From Methanobacterium sp. (lineage in GTDB: Archaea; Methanobacteriota; Methanobacteria; Methanobacteriales; Methanobacteriaceae), in the NCBI GenBank assembly GCA_003166335.1, contig PMWA01000105.1, positions 1-18,167 on the forward strand: DNA of 18,167 nucleotides, given 5' to 3'. Under the pieces are notes generated by a model. The model did no database searches. It had not been told where the DNA came from and saw nothing but the letters and a program-made list of their open reading frames with translations. Shown here piece after piece: positions 6,303 to 18,167 of this stretch; the stretch's first letter is position 1, and every line of letters begins with the position of its first letter. The translations under genes were made by a program, and so were the position numbers.

Positions 6303-7073
6303 TTAATCGTAGAAGGGATCCATAGCATCATTAGGATCTAAAAGACCACTCTCTGGCGGAATCGGAGTATCTTTACGTGATGTAAACACTTCAAATCCGA
6401 ATTCAACCTCTTCCTGCTCCAATCCATTATTATAGGTCGCTTTACCAAAATACGTGTATAAACCTGTAGCCAGTACTAAACCCTGCATATTACCTCTTTG
6501 AACAATAGAACCAGAATAAGCAATATTTCCTATCTTTTTATCTAACGGTAATGATTCTCCAGTTAAAGCAGATTCATCCACGGTGAGGTAGCTGTCTTCA
6601 ATGAGTTTGACATCTGCCGGGATTATATCCCCTAAATGCACTCTCACTACATCACCAGGCACGATTTCTTTAGAAGGTAATTCTATCCATTTACCGTCTC
6701 GAAGTACTTCGGCTTTGTATGATAATTTTTCTTTCAAGAGGTCAATAGTGTTATCTGCTGTATATTCTTGATAAAATCCAACAAGACCATTTATCATTAA
6801 TAAAATGAATATAATTGTGAATTCCTGCCAATGCTGGATGATCAGAGATAAAATAAGAGCAATTTCAATCATCCATGGAATAGGACCCCAGAAGAAATTC
6901 AGAAATTTTTTAATTGGACTAACTTTTTCTTCAGTGATTTCGTTAAACCCGTATTCAGTTAGTCTTTTTTGTGCCTCTTTCGATGAAAGACCGTGGGTAG
7001 TAGATGATAATTGGTTCAGTAAATCTGAAATTTCAATTTCTTCTGATTTTTGAACATCGATGGACTGATCCAT
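6303..7073 (-). pseudogene. Truncated P-type (type IIIA, H+-efflux) ATPase N-terminus fused in-frame to a 43-aa unrelated tail
   Basis: GLSSKEA..RL..YG.NEI, FWGPIPWMIE, PGD, GDIIPAD, VDESALTGESLP and TG..TYFGK are present. Homology ends at ~aa 212 (6441), and there is no DKTGT phosphorylation site. Confidence 0.85.
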
Positions 7074-7215
7074 GTAATATAATTTTATTAAAACACTTTA
7101 ATATGATTTTTCTACATCTTTGAAAATATAATAAAATAAATTTACACCTTAATAAAAGAACATTTTTTTATTACTAGAAAAAATTATCTTTGATATTAAT
7201 CATAAATAAAATGGG

Positions 7216-7662
7216 GTGAATATTATTAAGATTAATGAAAATGCACCCGTGATTGTTAAGGGTATGATTGAAATCAATTCAAGTCCTGAGACTATATGGG
7301 ACTTGATAGCTGACATTAAAAGATGGTCCAGTTGGAATCCTGATGTTAAGAATTCTTCTATTGAGGGGGATGTGATTAAAGGTTCAAAATTCAAATGGAA
7401 ATCCTGGTCAGTAACCATTACTTCAATTTTCCAAGAGGTTGATCGACCCCGATTCATAGGTTGGACCGGGAAGACCATGGGTATTAAAGCCGTACATATC
7501 TGGAAATTAGAACCCAAAAATGGTAGAACCATAGCTATTACAGAAGAGTCGTGGGAAGGTCCTTTAACACGTTTAACTCGGGGTCGTACACAAAATATGC
7601 TACAAAAAGCTATTAACTCCGAATTGGAATATCTTAAGATCGAAGCTGAACGAGTATCATGA
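7216..7662 (+). CDS. SRPBCC / polyketide cyclase-dehydrase (START-like) protein
   Basis: 148 aa; IEINSSPETIWDLIAD..RW..WNP N-terminal motif and C-terminal helix L..LK..AE. Confidence 0.85.
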   Translation: MNIIKINENAPVIVKGMIEINSSPETIWDLIADIKRWSSWNPDVKNSSIEGDVIKGSKFKWKSWSVTITSIFQEVDRPRFIGWTGKTMGIKAVHIWKLEPKNGRTIAITEESWEGPLTRLTRGRTQNMLQKAINSELEYLKIEAERVS

Positions 7663-7832
7663 TTAGAATAAAAAACATTTGCGTACTTCATTTACAAGAT
7701 TAATATTTTTTAATTAAGGAAAAGTAATCAAAAAATTTTAATAAAATAAAAGGGATTCTTAAACTACTATATAACCTTACAGAAACAATTGAGTTAAAAA
7801 AAATGAAAATTTTTATAAATAATAGATCATAA

Positions 7833-8189
7833 TCAATTAGAAAAATGAATTGCAACATATCCACCAATTATTCCAATAAAAAAACCCGCACCACCTATTG
7901 ATAATCCTAAAGAAACTAAACCCAAGGTATTCCAGTTGCTGAAACCTACTGGTGTTCCATTAAATAGAAGACCTATAAATATCATTCCCACACTAGACAT
8001 AATTTCACTTAAACCTCCATTTAGAATATAATCATTTTTTTTCATCGTCTGAATAAGCGCAGTAAATCCCGCAACGAAATTTGAGGTTAAAATTCCAGGA
8101 CCGGAAAAGCCAAAGAAAGCAGCTACTATTGAGGAGATTATTCCCGCGAGTGTTCCAATGAAAATAGAAGTAGAATTATACTCTGCCAT
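7833..8189 (-). CDS. Small Gly-rich multi-pass membrane protein (DUF5518-like)
   Basis: 118 aa, ~4 hydrophobic Gly-rich segments ending GIIGGYVA. Confidence 0.6.
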   Translation of the reverse strand: MAEYNSTSIFIGTLAGIISSIVAAFFGFSGPGILTSNFVAGFTALIQTMKKNDYILNGGLSEIMSSVGMIFIGLLFNGTPVGFSNWNTLGLVSLGLSIGGAGFFIGIIGGYVAIHFSN

Positions 8190-8425
8190 GCACTCTAATA
8201 TTTTTTTCTATTGTAAAAATTTATTTATTAATTTCATTACTCAGAAATAGGAGTGAAACATTATTGAGGCAATCCTATCCATGTGTTAATAGAAATCCAG
8301 GTGTGATACTATTTATTGGTTATTTCAGTACATGATGAGTAATGTATTCTTTATTATTATTTATTATTATTCACCCTCCATCAGGATTATATCTCTTGAA
8401 TGTAATTCTATTCATGAGGTGGGTT

Positions 8426-9187
8426 ATGATATTGGTGGTATCAGATTTACATTTAGGATATAAAAAAAGCAATCACGAAGATTTCTTAAACTTCTTAAAT
8501 GAATACGAGAATGTGAAAATTGATCATTTAATACTTCTTGGAGATATATTCGACTTTTGGAGGTGTAGAAGTAAGAAAATAATCACCGAAAACGAGGAGA
8601 TATTATCAAAATTATCAACTCTGACCCATAAAATTCATTATATAGCTGGAAATCATGACTACTACATTCTCAACTTAAAGGGAATATTCAATGGAAATTA
8701 TCCTTTCAAAGTTTCTAAGTATTTGAGGTTAGATGATCATGGAGAAAAATTTTATTTCATGCATGGCTATGAATTAGAAGTCCTTTTCACTCTTGATCCA
8801 TTAACTATTGACCTATATGAAAAGTTCAGTGAAAAAATGTGTTTAACAGAAAACATAATAGGAGGAATCGCCGGCTTTTTATGGGATTTTTTAGAAATAA
8901 GTCGCAGAAGCGTAGATCGAGTAACGGAAGAAATGAAAAAAAACCCACAAAACAGGAGGAAAATATGTAAAGTCTACGAATTAGCGGTATCCCAAGGCAG
9001 ATATCCCCTATTAGGCTTGAAACCTGATGAAAAACTGGTCTTTGGACATACTCATCGGCCTTTCATAAACAATGATAAAACGGTAGTGAACACGGGCTCC
9101 TGGGTTGACGAATTACCATCTAAGGAATACCATAACAGCTACGTTGAAATCTCTAAAGGTGAAATAAAACTTAAATTCTTTAAATAA
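8426..9187 (+). CDS. Calcineurin-like metallophosphoesterase (LpxH/UDP-2,3-diacylglucosamine hydrolase-like)
   Basis: SDLHLG, LGDIFD, GNHD, HG, GHTH and NTGSW motifs. Start moved from 8342 to ATG 8426, which follows a GAGGTG RBS. Confidence 0.88.
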   Translation: MILVVSDLHLGYKKSNHEDFLNFLNEYENVKIDHLILLGDIFDFWRCRSKKIITENEEILSKLSTLTHKIHYIAGNHDYYILNLKGIFNGNYPFKVSKYLRLDDHGEKFYFMHGYELEVLFTLDPLTIDLYEKFSEKMCLTENIIGGIAGFLWDFLEISRRSVDRVTEEMKKNPQNRRKICKVYELAVSQGRYPLLGLKPDEKLVFGHTHRPFINNDKTVVNTGSWVDELPSKEYHNSYVEISKGEIKLKFFK

Positions 9188-9189
9188 TA

Positions 9190-9276
9190 CGCCGGGACTG
9201 GGATTTGAACCCAGGGAGAACGTATGCTCAAACAGGATTTCGAATCCTGCGCCTTACCTAACTAGACTATCCCGGC
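9190..9276 (-). tRNA. tRNA-Ser(CGA)
   Basis: GCCGGGA acceptor stem, CAGGA-TTCGAAA-TCCTG anticodon arm, long variable arm, CTGGG-TTCAAAT-CCCAG T arm, G discriminator; no intron, no encoded CCA. Confidence 0.93.
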
Positions 9277-9366
9277 TTGATCAAAAATGATTAAGTAAAA
9301 TTATATTTGTAAGGCTAATGGATATATAATCTTTCAAACATAATTTGAAATGTAGAGGTCTGAAAA

Positions 9367-10121
9367 ATGGAGAAAAATGAACTTTATTCTATAATATTCA
9401 AGCGAAAATCGATTAGAAACTATGATTTAACCTCGCTTAATAAGAATATACTTACTGAGATTTCGAACCATTTCCAGTCTTTAAAGCATATGTACGATGA
9501 CATTAAAATTGAATTGAAGATTATATCACCAGATATGGTTAAAAGAAGAGTGATGAAAAAAGCACCGCATTATATAGCCGTGTTTTCAGAATCAAAGGAC
9601 GGTTATTTAACCAACGTGGGATTCATGTTGCAGCAATGGATCTGTTCCTCTCAGCACGTGGTATTGGCTCTTGCTGGCAGGGGATTCCTAAACCTACTAA
9701 AGAATTGTTGAAGAGTTCGAATTTAGAGTTTGTAATTTTCATAGCCTTCCGGCAGCCTAGCGAGCAGTTGCATAGGACAGATGTTTCTGAGTTCAAGAGA
9801 AAATCTCTTCAAGAAATAACTAACATTAAAGATGCTGATGTACTATTGGAAGCGGTGCGTCTGGCTCCATCAGCGACTAACAGTCAGCCATGGTTTTTTT
9901 CGGGTGATGATAAATTTATGCATGTTTATAGTGTTAAATTAGGCTTTATAAAATCTTTAATAGTAAAAAAGTACATTCCTATAGATGTAGGTATTGCTAT
10001 TTATCATTTACATGTTGCAGCTGAACATTTTGGTAAGAAAGTTAAAATTTTCGTTGATGAACCAGCGAAGATGAATCCTCCTAAAGATTGTGAGTATGTG
10101 GCAAGTTTGAAGATTGAATAG
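9367..10121 (+). pseudogene. Nitroreductase-family protein split by a 1-nt frameshift
   Basis: RKSIRNY N-terminus, GFMLQQ/MDLFLSARGIGSCWQG and APSATNSQPW motifs. CAG CAA TGG at 9631-9639 lacks one A relative to CAG CAA ATG. Confidence 0.85.
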
Positions 10122-10439
10122 GTTTTCCGATTTTTTCTTTACTATTTTAATAAATCAAATAAGAATAATAATATAAAAAACTTCTTTTATATATATTTAA
10201 ACATAATTTAGCGACCTATTATTAAGAATGATTATTTTTACTAAAACTCGTGTTAGAATATTACTAACAATGGATCTGGAATAAAAATCTGGTCTTCAAA
10301 ATGTATAATTATTTTAAATCATGTGATGAAACTAATAAACTGAATCAAACTGGTTTAACCCTAAATTTAAAAATTAGATTTAAGTAAAATATTCTGAATT
10401 TTTTTTGAATAAAACAATTCAAAATAAAAAAAAATATAT

Positions 10440-10658
10440 TTAAACAAGAATTTTCTTTACTTCTAATGGAGGTTTACGACGCGGGCAGTATTCAAATATG
10501 TATCCACATTCGCTACAGCGGATAATACCAATATCGCCTTGAGGTATATGTGGTATGTAAAATGCATCTTGACTCCTTTTAGAATTTCTCCTTCTGGATA
10601 TCCTTTTATCACGGGAATAACATTCAGGACATTCTTGAGCCATATCTTCGGGTTTCAT
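10440..10658 (-). CDS. Methanogen Cys-rich peptide (TIGR04165-like, two CxxC)
   Basis: 72 aa: MKPEDM..ECPEC.S.DK...RCSECGYIFEYC; AGGTGA RBS. Confidence 0.75.
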   Translation of the reverse strand: MKPEDMAQECPECYSRDKRISRRRNSKRSQDAFYIPHIPQGDIGIIRCSECGYIFEYCPRRKPPLEVKKILV

Positions 10659-10712
10659 TTGATTATCACCTTTTTATTTTTAAAATATATTAAAATTTTT
10701 AGATTATTAAGT

Positions 10713-10764
10713 AGTTCGTGTTATCTCGAACTGTATGATATTATACGAACTAATAATATATAAA
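10713..10764 (-). promoter_or_regulatory. TATA box with downstream TTCG-N8-CGAA operator boxes
   Basis: TTTATATA (minus strand) at 10757-10764; AGTTCG-N8-CGAACT at 10713-10732; extra half-site TACGAACTA at 10744-10752. Confidence 0.55.
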
Positions 10765-10932
10765 TATTTTTGTCCTAAATCATAATAGTTAAACAACAAT
10801 ATTGAACTAATCAATCAAATAATAAATTATCATACAAATTTAAAATTCAACGTGTTCATTTATACTAGATTAAATAATGATATAATGTCCTATTAAAATA
10901 AGACCTATTTAAAGAAAAAAAGTAGTAATAAA

Positions 10933-11017
10933 CGCCGGGACTGGGATTTGAACCCAGGTGGAGCAAAGCTCCACAGGATCTCAAGTCCTGCGCCTTCCCT
11001 GGCTAGGCTATCCCGGC
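10933..11017 (-). tRNA. tRNA-Ser(TGA)
   Basis: Cloverleaf with CAGGA-CTTGAGA-TCCTG anticodon arm, TGGAGC-TTT-GCTCCA variable arm and G discriminator; follows rps10. Confidence 0.96.
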
Positions 11018-11070
11018 AAATTAAAAAATAATAACTGTTACTTTTAATGAAAAAAAAGAGTTAAAATATT

Positions 11071-11379
11071 TTAGCTTTTGAGTTCGATTTCTATGCTTAC
11101 GTTGTCAGGCACGTTGACTTTCATAACTTGTCGCATGGCTCGTTCATCTGCTTCGATTCCTACGAGTCTTTTGTGGATTCGGAGTTCCCATTTTTCCCAT
11201 GTGGCTTTTCCTTCCCCATCAGGTGATTTACGTGTTGGAACAACTAGTTTTTTGGTGGGTAGTGGTATGGGTCCTGATAAGTCTACGCCTGTTCTTTCTG
11301 CTATTCTTTTGAGCTGGTCACATACATAGGCAAGTTTTTCTGGGTCAGTGCCGGTAAGTTTTATTCTGGCTTTGTTCAT
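11071..11379 (-). CDS. rps10: 30S ribosomal protein S10 (uS10)
   Basis: [22 protein letters not shown] and RIHKRL motifs; operon position. Confidence 0.98.
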   Translation of the reverse strand: MNKARIKLTGTDPEKLAYVCDQLKRIAERTGVDLSGPIPLPTKKLVVPTRKSPDGEGKATWEKWELRIHKRLVGIEADERAMRQVMKVNVPDNVSIEIELKS

Positions 11380-11463
11380 TTAAATCCTCCATTAAAAAAA
11401 TAAAATGGAAGTCAGTAGAAGTTATATGAAATTCTACTTTCTCCCTGATTATAATTCATTATT

Positions 11464-12705
11464 CTATTTTGCTAGTACTAAGTCAATGCACATTCCAGCA
11501 GCTACCGTCTGTCCCATATCACGTATAGCGAATCTGCCCATGTGAGGAATATCCTTGATTTTCTCAATTACCATAGGTTTCGTTGGTTTCACTACCACGA
11601 ATGCAGCGTCACCAGTTTTTAGGAAGTCAGGATTTTCTTCTTTGATTTGTCCTGTGGCAGGGTCCAGTTTTTTCTGGAGTTCCATGAAAGTACAGGCCAC
11701 TTGGGCTGTGTGACAGTGGAATACTGGAGTGTAACCTACAGTGATAACTCCCGGGTGCTGTAAAACCACGATTTGTGCTGTGAATTCTTTAGCAACTGAT
11801 GGTGGATTCTTGGTGTGTCCTGCAACATCTCCTCTTCGGATATCATTTTTACCTACACCCCGTACGTTGAAACCTACATTGTCTCCGGGTTCTGCCTGTT
11901 CCAGTATTTCATGATGCATTTCTATGGATTTTACTTCACCGCTTGCGCCTGGGGGTTCGAATATAACGTTGTCTCCTCTCTTCATAACACCGGTTTCCAC
12001 TCGACCTACAGGTACAGTTCCCACACCAGTGATGGAGTAAACATCCTGTACTGGAACTCTTAGTGGTAATTTAGTTGGTTTATCAGGTGGAGATAGTTTC
12101 TGCAGTGCTTCTACTAGGCTAGGGCCTTTATACCATTTGGTGTTTTCACTTGCTTTAGTTATATTATCTCCTTCGAAGGCAGAAATTGGTATGAAATTTA
12201 TCTCTTTTGGTTTATAAGCCACAGTTCTTATTAGAGCAGATACATCATCTTTAAGTGCGTTGAATTTTGCTTCATCATATTTTACTAGGTCCATTTTGTT
12301 TATAGCGACAATTAACTGGCTAATTCCCAATGTCCTTGCTAGAAAAGCGTGTTCTTTAGTCTGAGGCATTACACCATCATCTATGGCTACTACTAATACC
12401 GCCGCATCTGCTTGGGATGCTCCAGTAATCATATTTTTAACGAAATCCCGGTGTCCTGGGCAATCCACAATCGTGAATTCATATTTTGGGGTTTCAAATT
12501 TCGCGTGAGCTAAATCTATAGTAACCCCTCTCTCTCTTTCTTCTTGGAGCTTGTCCATAACAAATCTAAACTTGTTTTCTCCTTTCGATAGCTGCTGCTC
12601 CGCTATAACACCGGATTGAAGCAGCAAATGTCCAACAAGTGTGGATTTACCATGGTCAACGTGTCCAATGAATGCTAAATTCATATGTTCTTTCTGTTTT
12701 GCCAT
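11464..12705 (-). CDS. tuf: Translation elongation factor EF-1alpha
   Basis: [29 protein letters not shown] and [11 protein letters not shown] motifs. Confidence 0.99.
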   Translation of the reverse strand: MAKQKEHMNLAFIGHVDHGKSTLVGHLLLQSGVIAEQQLSKGENKFRFVMDKLQEERERGVTIDLAHAKFETPKYEFTIVDCPGHRDFVKNMITGASQADAAVLVVAIDDGVMPQTKEHAFLARTLGISQLIVAINKMDLVKYDEAKFNALKDDVSALIRTVAYKPKEINFIPISAFEGDNITKASENTKWYKGPSLVEALQKLSPPDKPTKLPLRVPVQDVYSITGVGTVPVGRVETGVMKRGDNVIFEPPGASGEVKSIEMHHEILEQAEPGDNVGFNVRGVGKNDIRRGDVAGHTKNPPSVAKEFTAQIVVLQHPGVITVGYTPVFHCHTAQVACTFMELQKKLDPATGQIKEENPDFLKTGDAAFVVVKPTKPMVIEKIKDIPHMGRFAIRDMGQTVAAGMCIDLVLAK

Positions 12706-12842
12706 TTAATATACCTCCATTCAATTCTATTCATTTTTATCAGTTTGATTTTTCTTGATTTTATTTAAGTTATCTGATTAGATATTTAAAGCTAACTTAA
12801 ACTTCATGTTAGTTAAAATTATGAATTATCGTCAAATAAGAT

Positions 12843-15035
<2,193 letters not shown>

Positions 15036-15134
15036 TAAAATCACCTGAATAACTATGAAAAATGGATTGCTTGATTATTATTTTATGTGAATAATAATTC
15101 CTAAGTTCTTATATCATTAAAAACTATATCGGAA

Positions 15135-15698
15135 TTAATGTGCAGATCTAGCAACTCTTTCTTTTTCTTCTTTCTTCTGAATAGCGAAGCTTCTGGAGTC
15201 AGATTCTGCTGCATAGAGCAGTTCATCAGCCAGACATTCTTCCATTGATCTTTTCCTTTTAAAGGATGATTGCATGGTTCCTCTGGTTAAAAAACCTAGA
15301 GATAGATCGACTCTTCTTTGTGGGGCAATATCTACCGCTACTTGGTATCCGATTCCACCATATTTTATCCTAGTGGTTTCTTCACGAGGAGCTGTGTTTT
15401 CCACTGCTTTTACTAATATTTGTAGGGGATTCTGCTTAGATCTCTGGTTTATAATATCCATGGAACCTTTGACGATGTTGTAAGCTTTGTTCTTCTTACC
15501 TGAGTTTCTCTGAGTCCTCATGATCTTATTCATGAGTCTTTCTACTATGGAAACTCGTGATTTTGCAAACTGTCTTTTAACATGTCTTCCTAGGGTGTGA
15601 GGGACTAATATTTCTTCTAGGCAAATATAATTCATTAAGCCCATGTCCTCCACCTTAACTTCTTCTAAATCCCATTTATCGAAGACTTTGAAACTCAT
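15135..15698 (-). CDS. rps7: 30S ribosomal protein S7 (uS7)
   Basis: IVERLMNK, PREETTRI and KKEEKERVARSA motifs. Confidence 0.98.
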   Translation of the reverse strand: MSFKVFDKWDLEEVKVEDMGLMNYICLEEILVPHTLGRHVKRQFAKSRVSIVERLMNKIMRTQRNSGKKNKAYNIVKGSMDIINQRSKQNPLQILVKAVENTAPREETTRIKYGGIGYQVAVDIAPQRRVDLSLGFLTRGTMQSSFKRKRSMEECLADELLYAAESDSRSFAIQKKEEKERVARSAH

Positions 15699-15728
15699 AA
15701 AAATTACCTCTTTTCATACTTTGTGGTT

Positions 15729-16154
15729 TTATCTGACTGGTTTTTCTATTTTACCTTTAACCATTTCCTCAAGGGCGACATTGTTAACCTTAGTAACCTT
15801 CCATCTAACACCAGGAATGTCTCCCATAGACCTTCCTGATGGTCCACCTATTCCTTCTATCATGACTTCGTCGTGCTCATCTATAAATCCAATAGCACCA
15901 TCTCCAGGGGCGAATGCAGTTAATTGTTTACCATTTTTTATAAGCTGCACTCGAACACATTTTCTGATAGCAGAATTCGGCTGTTTAGCCTCTATACCCA
16001 CTTTTTCAATTACTATTCCCCTGGCCTGAGGTGCACCCTCTAAAGGGTCTGCTTTAACATCTAATCTTAATTCTTTTCTCTTGTAATGAGTGTCTTTCCA
16101 TCTGAAGTTTTGTCTGTTTTTTTTAAGCTTTTTTGCTGCAAAGAGTCCTGGCAA
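15729..16154 (-). CDS. rps12: 30S ribosomal protein S12 (uS12)
   Basis: [14 protein letters not shown] and GDIPGVR motifs; TTG start after GGAGG. Confidence 0.98.
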   Translation of the reverse strand: MPGLFAAKKLKKNRQNFRWKDTHYKRKELRLDVKADPLEGAPQARGIVIEKVGIEAKQPNSAIRKCVRVQLIKNGKQLTAFAPGDGAIGFIDEHDEVMIEGIGGPSGRSMGDIPGVRWKVTKVNNVALEEMVKGKIEKPVR

Positions 16155-16283
16155 TGAAATTCCTCCTAATCAACATAAATAGTTAAATTCCGAATTTGCT
16201 TCTATTTCTTTATAATTTAATTCTTAATTATTAATATCGTGAAGATTAATATGATTCTAGAATTAATTTATTTTTTTTAATAG

Positions 16284-16715
16284 TTATTTTATAACGATAT
16301 TATTTATGTTATGTTGTCTTTTGGCTAATATTCTAGCTCTTTCTATGTTTTGACCGCCTTTTCCAATGGCCGTCCTTTTATTTCGAGGGTCTGTTTCTAA
16401 AGTAGCGATTTTTTCTCCGTTCTCCTTTTGGAGTATTCTAATACTTCTGATTTTAGCGGGTGCCATGATGTTAGATAAGAATTCCACTGGATCATCAGAA
16501 TGTTCTATTACTTCTACACCTTTATCTACGGTTTTCTGGACTTTAGCCACAGTACTTCCTCTTTTTCCAATGGCCAATCCCATATCTCCCTTTTTTACTA
16601 GGAAAGTTAATTTACCATGCTCATCATCTACTAAACAATCTTTAACTGTTGCACCGGTCATGCTCTCAAAGAGTGCAATGTATCTTATTTCGTTGGTTGC
16701 AAATTTTATCGTCAC
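16284..16715 (-). CDS. nusA: Archaeal NusA (KH-domain transcription factor)
   Basis: Two KH GxxG motifs (AIGKRG, AIGKGG); lies between rpl30e and rps12. Confidence 0.96.
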   Translation of the reverse strand: MTIKFATNEIRYIALFESMTGATVKDCLVDDEHGKLTFLVKKGDMGLAIGKRGSTVAKVQKTVDKGVEVIEHSDDPVEFLSNIMAPAKIRSIRILQKENGEKIATLETDPRNKRTAIGKGGQNIERARILAKRQHNINNIVIK

Positions 16716-16720
16716 TGAAA

Positions 16721-17020
16721 CTACCCCATGATCTCCAATATGTTGGAGTCTCCTGGATCTTTTATTATAAGAGTAGCCACGGTGAATGGCTTACCACATA
16801 CTGATCCAAGTTCTAAGCTTGTGCCTTCATAATCATGAACCGGAATATCAGATAATTTGGAGTAATGCATTACATCTTCCTGTATATCAACAGGACAGTT
16901 TTGGGCTATGATCACCAGTTTCCCTTTTCCAAGTTTAATTCCCTGGACTGATTTATCAGACCCCAAAGTAACATTTCCTGTATCTACGGCTACTCTAATT
17001 CCTCTATCTATATCCATCAA
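16721..17020 (-). CDS. rpl30e: 50S ribosomal protein L30e
   Basis: TG.V.LG, IIA.NCP, ELGSVCGKPF and DPGDS motifs; start may be TTG 17020 or ATG 17017. Confidence 0.97.
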   Translation of the reverse strand: MMDIDRGIRVAVDTGNVTLGSDKSVQGIKLGKGKLVIIAQNCPVDIQEDVMHYSKLSDIPVHDYEGTSLELGSVCGKPFTVATLIIKDPGDSNILEIMG

Positions 17021-17027
17021 CTGCCTC

Positions 17028-18167
<1,140 letters not shown>

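Noticed and set aside
7200..7691. 163-aa minus-strand ORF
   Set aside because: Antisense shadow of the SRPBCC gene; no motifs.
8342..8425. Hydrophobic N-terminal extension of the phosphoesterase
   Set aside because: Low-complexity (TTA)n DNA; the RBS and first catalytic motif support a start at 8426.
10200..10227. GCGACC-TATTATTAAGA, same spacer as the ATPase junction site
   Set aside because: The left arm does not match the ACTTCG family; insufficient evidence.

Overview
AT-rich archaeal DNA from a Methanobacteriaceae (Methanobacterium-like) methanogen, judged from the HMf-type histone, EF-1alpha/EF-2 sequences and GGAGG/GGTGA ribosome-binding sites. The right ~7.2 kb (10933-18167, minus strand) is the intact conserved core cluster rpoA''-rpl30e-nusA-rps12-rps7-EF-2-EF-1alpha-rps10-tRNA-Ser(UGA). 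A second tRNA-Ser(CGA) lies 1.7 kb further on. Downstream of the tRNAs (1-9190) is a mosaic, partly decayed accessory region. It holds a GT4 glycosyltransferase, a histone variant, candidate anti-viral genes (Lit/peptidase U49, Swt1-like HEPN, a DUF1524/GmrSD-type fragment), provirus-like remnants, and a P-type H+-ATPase N-terminus fused in-frame to unrelated sequence. The most unusual signal is a family of 26-28 bp imperfect inverted repeats (ACTTCG...CGAAGT; dif/lox-like geometry) in the spacers that bound the defence-like genes. This suggests a tyrosine-recombinase-mobilised gene-cassette array. No recombinase gene is in the window. All family calls are from motif recognition by eye, not database searches.
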